From Haliotis rubra (Eukaryota): a stretch of 64,000 bases of DNA. The notes below the pieces were generated by a model that was given only the letters and a program-made list of their open reading frames with translations, was not told the DNA's origin and did no database searches. The position numbers were made by a program, and so were the translations under genes. Location: contig NW_025767371.1 in the NCBI RefSeq assembly GCF_003918875.1, positions 310,001 through 374,000 of the forward strand, read 5' to 3'. Position 1 is the stretch's first letter, and every line of letters starts with the position of its first letter. This document shows positions 62,269 through 64,000 of this stretch, one piece after another.

Positions 62269-64000
62269 GACGAGGTGAAACAGTCAGTCTCGTTTTAACC
62301 TTATCTGTCAGTTGTGAAACATCAACATGATAAACCACACTTCCTCATTCTGTCTCCAGCCGACCCGACAGTTTTAAAACTGTGATAATACGCATACAAA
62401 ATCCAGATAAACAAATCCTTTAGTTACAGATAATTCATCTCTTCAAAATTGACAATTTTGTACAGGTTTCATAACATGTCACATCATTAAACAATCCAAG
62501 GTGGAGACACGTGTTCAGATTGGGAGTATTTGTTGTGAGAGAAGACAAGGGTAGATAACTCTAATTAACCCCCACACATACGACGCTTCTTTGATCCCTC
62601 CGTATTAACTGTTTGGGGCTTTTAATAGTCAATTTCATTTCGTCTAAATTGATTGACATTGTTATGAATGTGAAATTCATACTCTTTGATCATTTACATA
62701 TTGACATATCATGATGACAAGAATTCGGTTCAGGAGCGATGACCACGCCCCCTCGTGTGGACCCGGAAGCAATCGACGTATTGCACCATGTATTCGAAAC
62801 CCGAATACATATGTAGTCGTCGGAGTTGGAGACCCACGATAGCATGTAAGGATTGAAGACGGTAACAGTTGTTTCAGGAAATGATGGATAACGAAGAAGT
62901 TCCACCCTTATCACCTGTAAAGCAAGTCGTGCGTAAAACTCTACTAATTGGTAAGTTAGTCACTATAGCAACTAGGGGAAGTAGAAGTAATTCACAGGTA
63001 ATAATATTGAAATTATTGCATGCTTAAATAGTTTTAAATGTCCAAGAGTTGATGCTGATGTTTTGGAAATTCCTGATTATTATATCCTGTAATATTTGTA
63101 CAACGTGTCAAGACATGTTGTTGTTAGCACGAATATTGTTCGTTAACCTTTATGGAACACCTTCACGCGCATGATCAATGCTGTTTACCGATTTTAAGAA
63201 CATTAAGGAAATAATAAAGAATTTAGTTTAGTCTGCCCTAAAGACATCCTCGCGACATAGTCAATGAGTGAGATTTTGTGCTTCTAGGAGCAAAATACCT
63301 GCCCTGTCCGAATGGGACGCCAGTGAGGGGCTGCCCATTTTTTACACACTTCCTGGTGGAATTCTAAATTAACATGACCCATTGTAATTCTAGTTAACAG
63401 CTAGTTAAATGTTACCTCACTATAAATAGCTAGGATTATTAAAGCCTACCTCATACAGTTATTATTGAATTTGGCTTATGTTTACACTGGAGAAGTTTGT
63501 TGCCCTAATTCAATATTATCATGTTACTACCATATTGGCATTAGCATCACATATTGGTATTATTAAATCTTGCTTACTTGAGACAGTAAGTTTTACCTGG
63601 AACTCAAAGAACATACCAGAGAGGGGCACACTGATTCTTGGAAACTTTAATCACCTGATATTTCACAGTGAAGTCAAGGTTAGAATTGCTCCCTACTACC
63701 TATGCTATTCAGACAGCTGCCAACTGATGACTTGGTTGTGAGTGTGTCATCATGACCTGACAGGAATCGTTGCTCATCCTGTCAACCACTGGTTTATCCG
63801 GTTCATGGCTTGTGGCTGACATCATGCTGGAATATTGGTGATTGTGTGGTGAATTAGAAGATGAATAAACCTCTAATGTACTTCACATTAACACAAGTCA
63901 TATGGACTTATATTTCATGTTGAGACCCATGAAGATCATTAGATCATTAGATTGGTATTCAACAACCTATGCTTGCTGAAAGAGGCGATTAACTGGATAG

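Overview
Eukaryotic (animal) genomic DNA, intron-rich and SINE-rich. The SINE families and genes suggest a mollusc, probably a gastropod such as abalone (inference). Contents from left to right: (1) the 3' part of a degenerate DIRS tyrosine-recombinase retrotransposon, plus the terminus of a second DIRS family, in an intron of (2) a + strand SFI1-like Trp-repeat gene (16 exons in window, stop at 13919). (3) A minus-strand single-exon unknown ORF of about 600-650 aa. (4) A complete 4-coding-exon DM-domain gene (Dmrt1-like, 335 aa, minus strand). (5) A ~13-15 kb tandem duplication with two copies of a 7-exon minus-strand gene of unusual architecture: RRM-like domain, TatD barrel lacking most catalytic residues, and a C-terminal transmembrane anchor. 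(6) A near full-length dead Tc1 (DD34E) element, many MITEs and SINEs, and an N gap. The most striking structural signal is that several intronic minisatellites are built from the host genes' own splice junctions: about 25 copies of the Dmrt exon donor, and donor and acceptor arrays on both sides of TatD-like exon 6 in both paralogs. The two paralogs have also expanded different satellites from seeds still visible in the other copy. Several isolated 1-bp frameshifts in homopolymers suggest assembly indel errors. All gene models were built by hand from splice signals and reading-frame continuity, without database searches.
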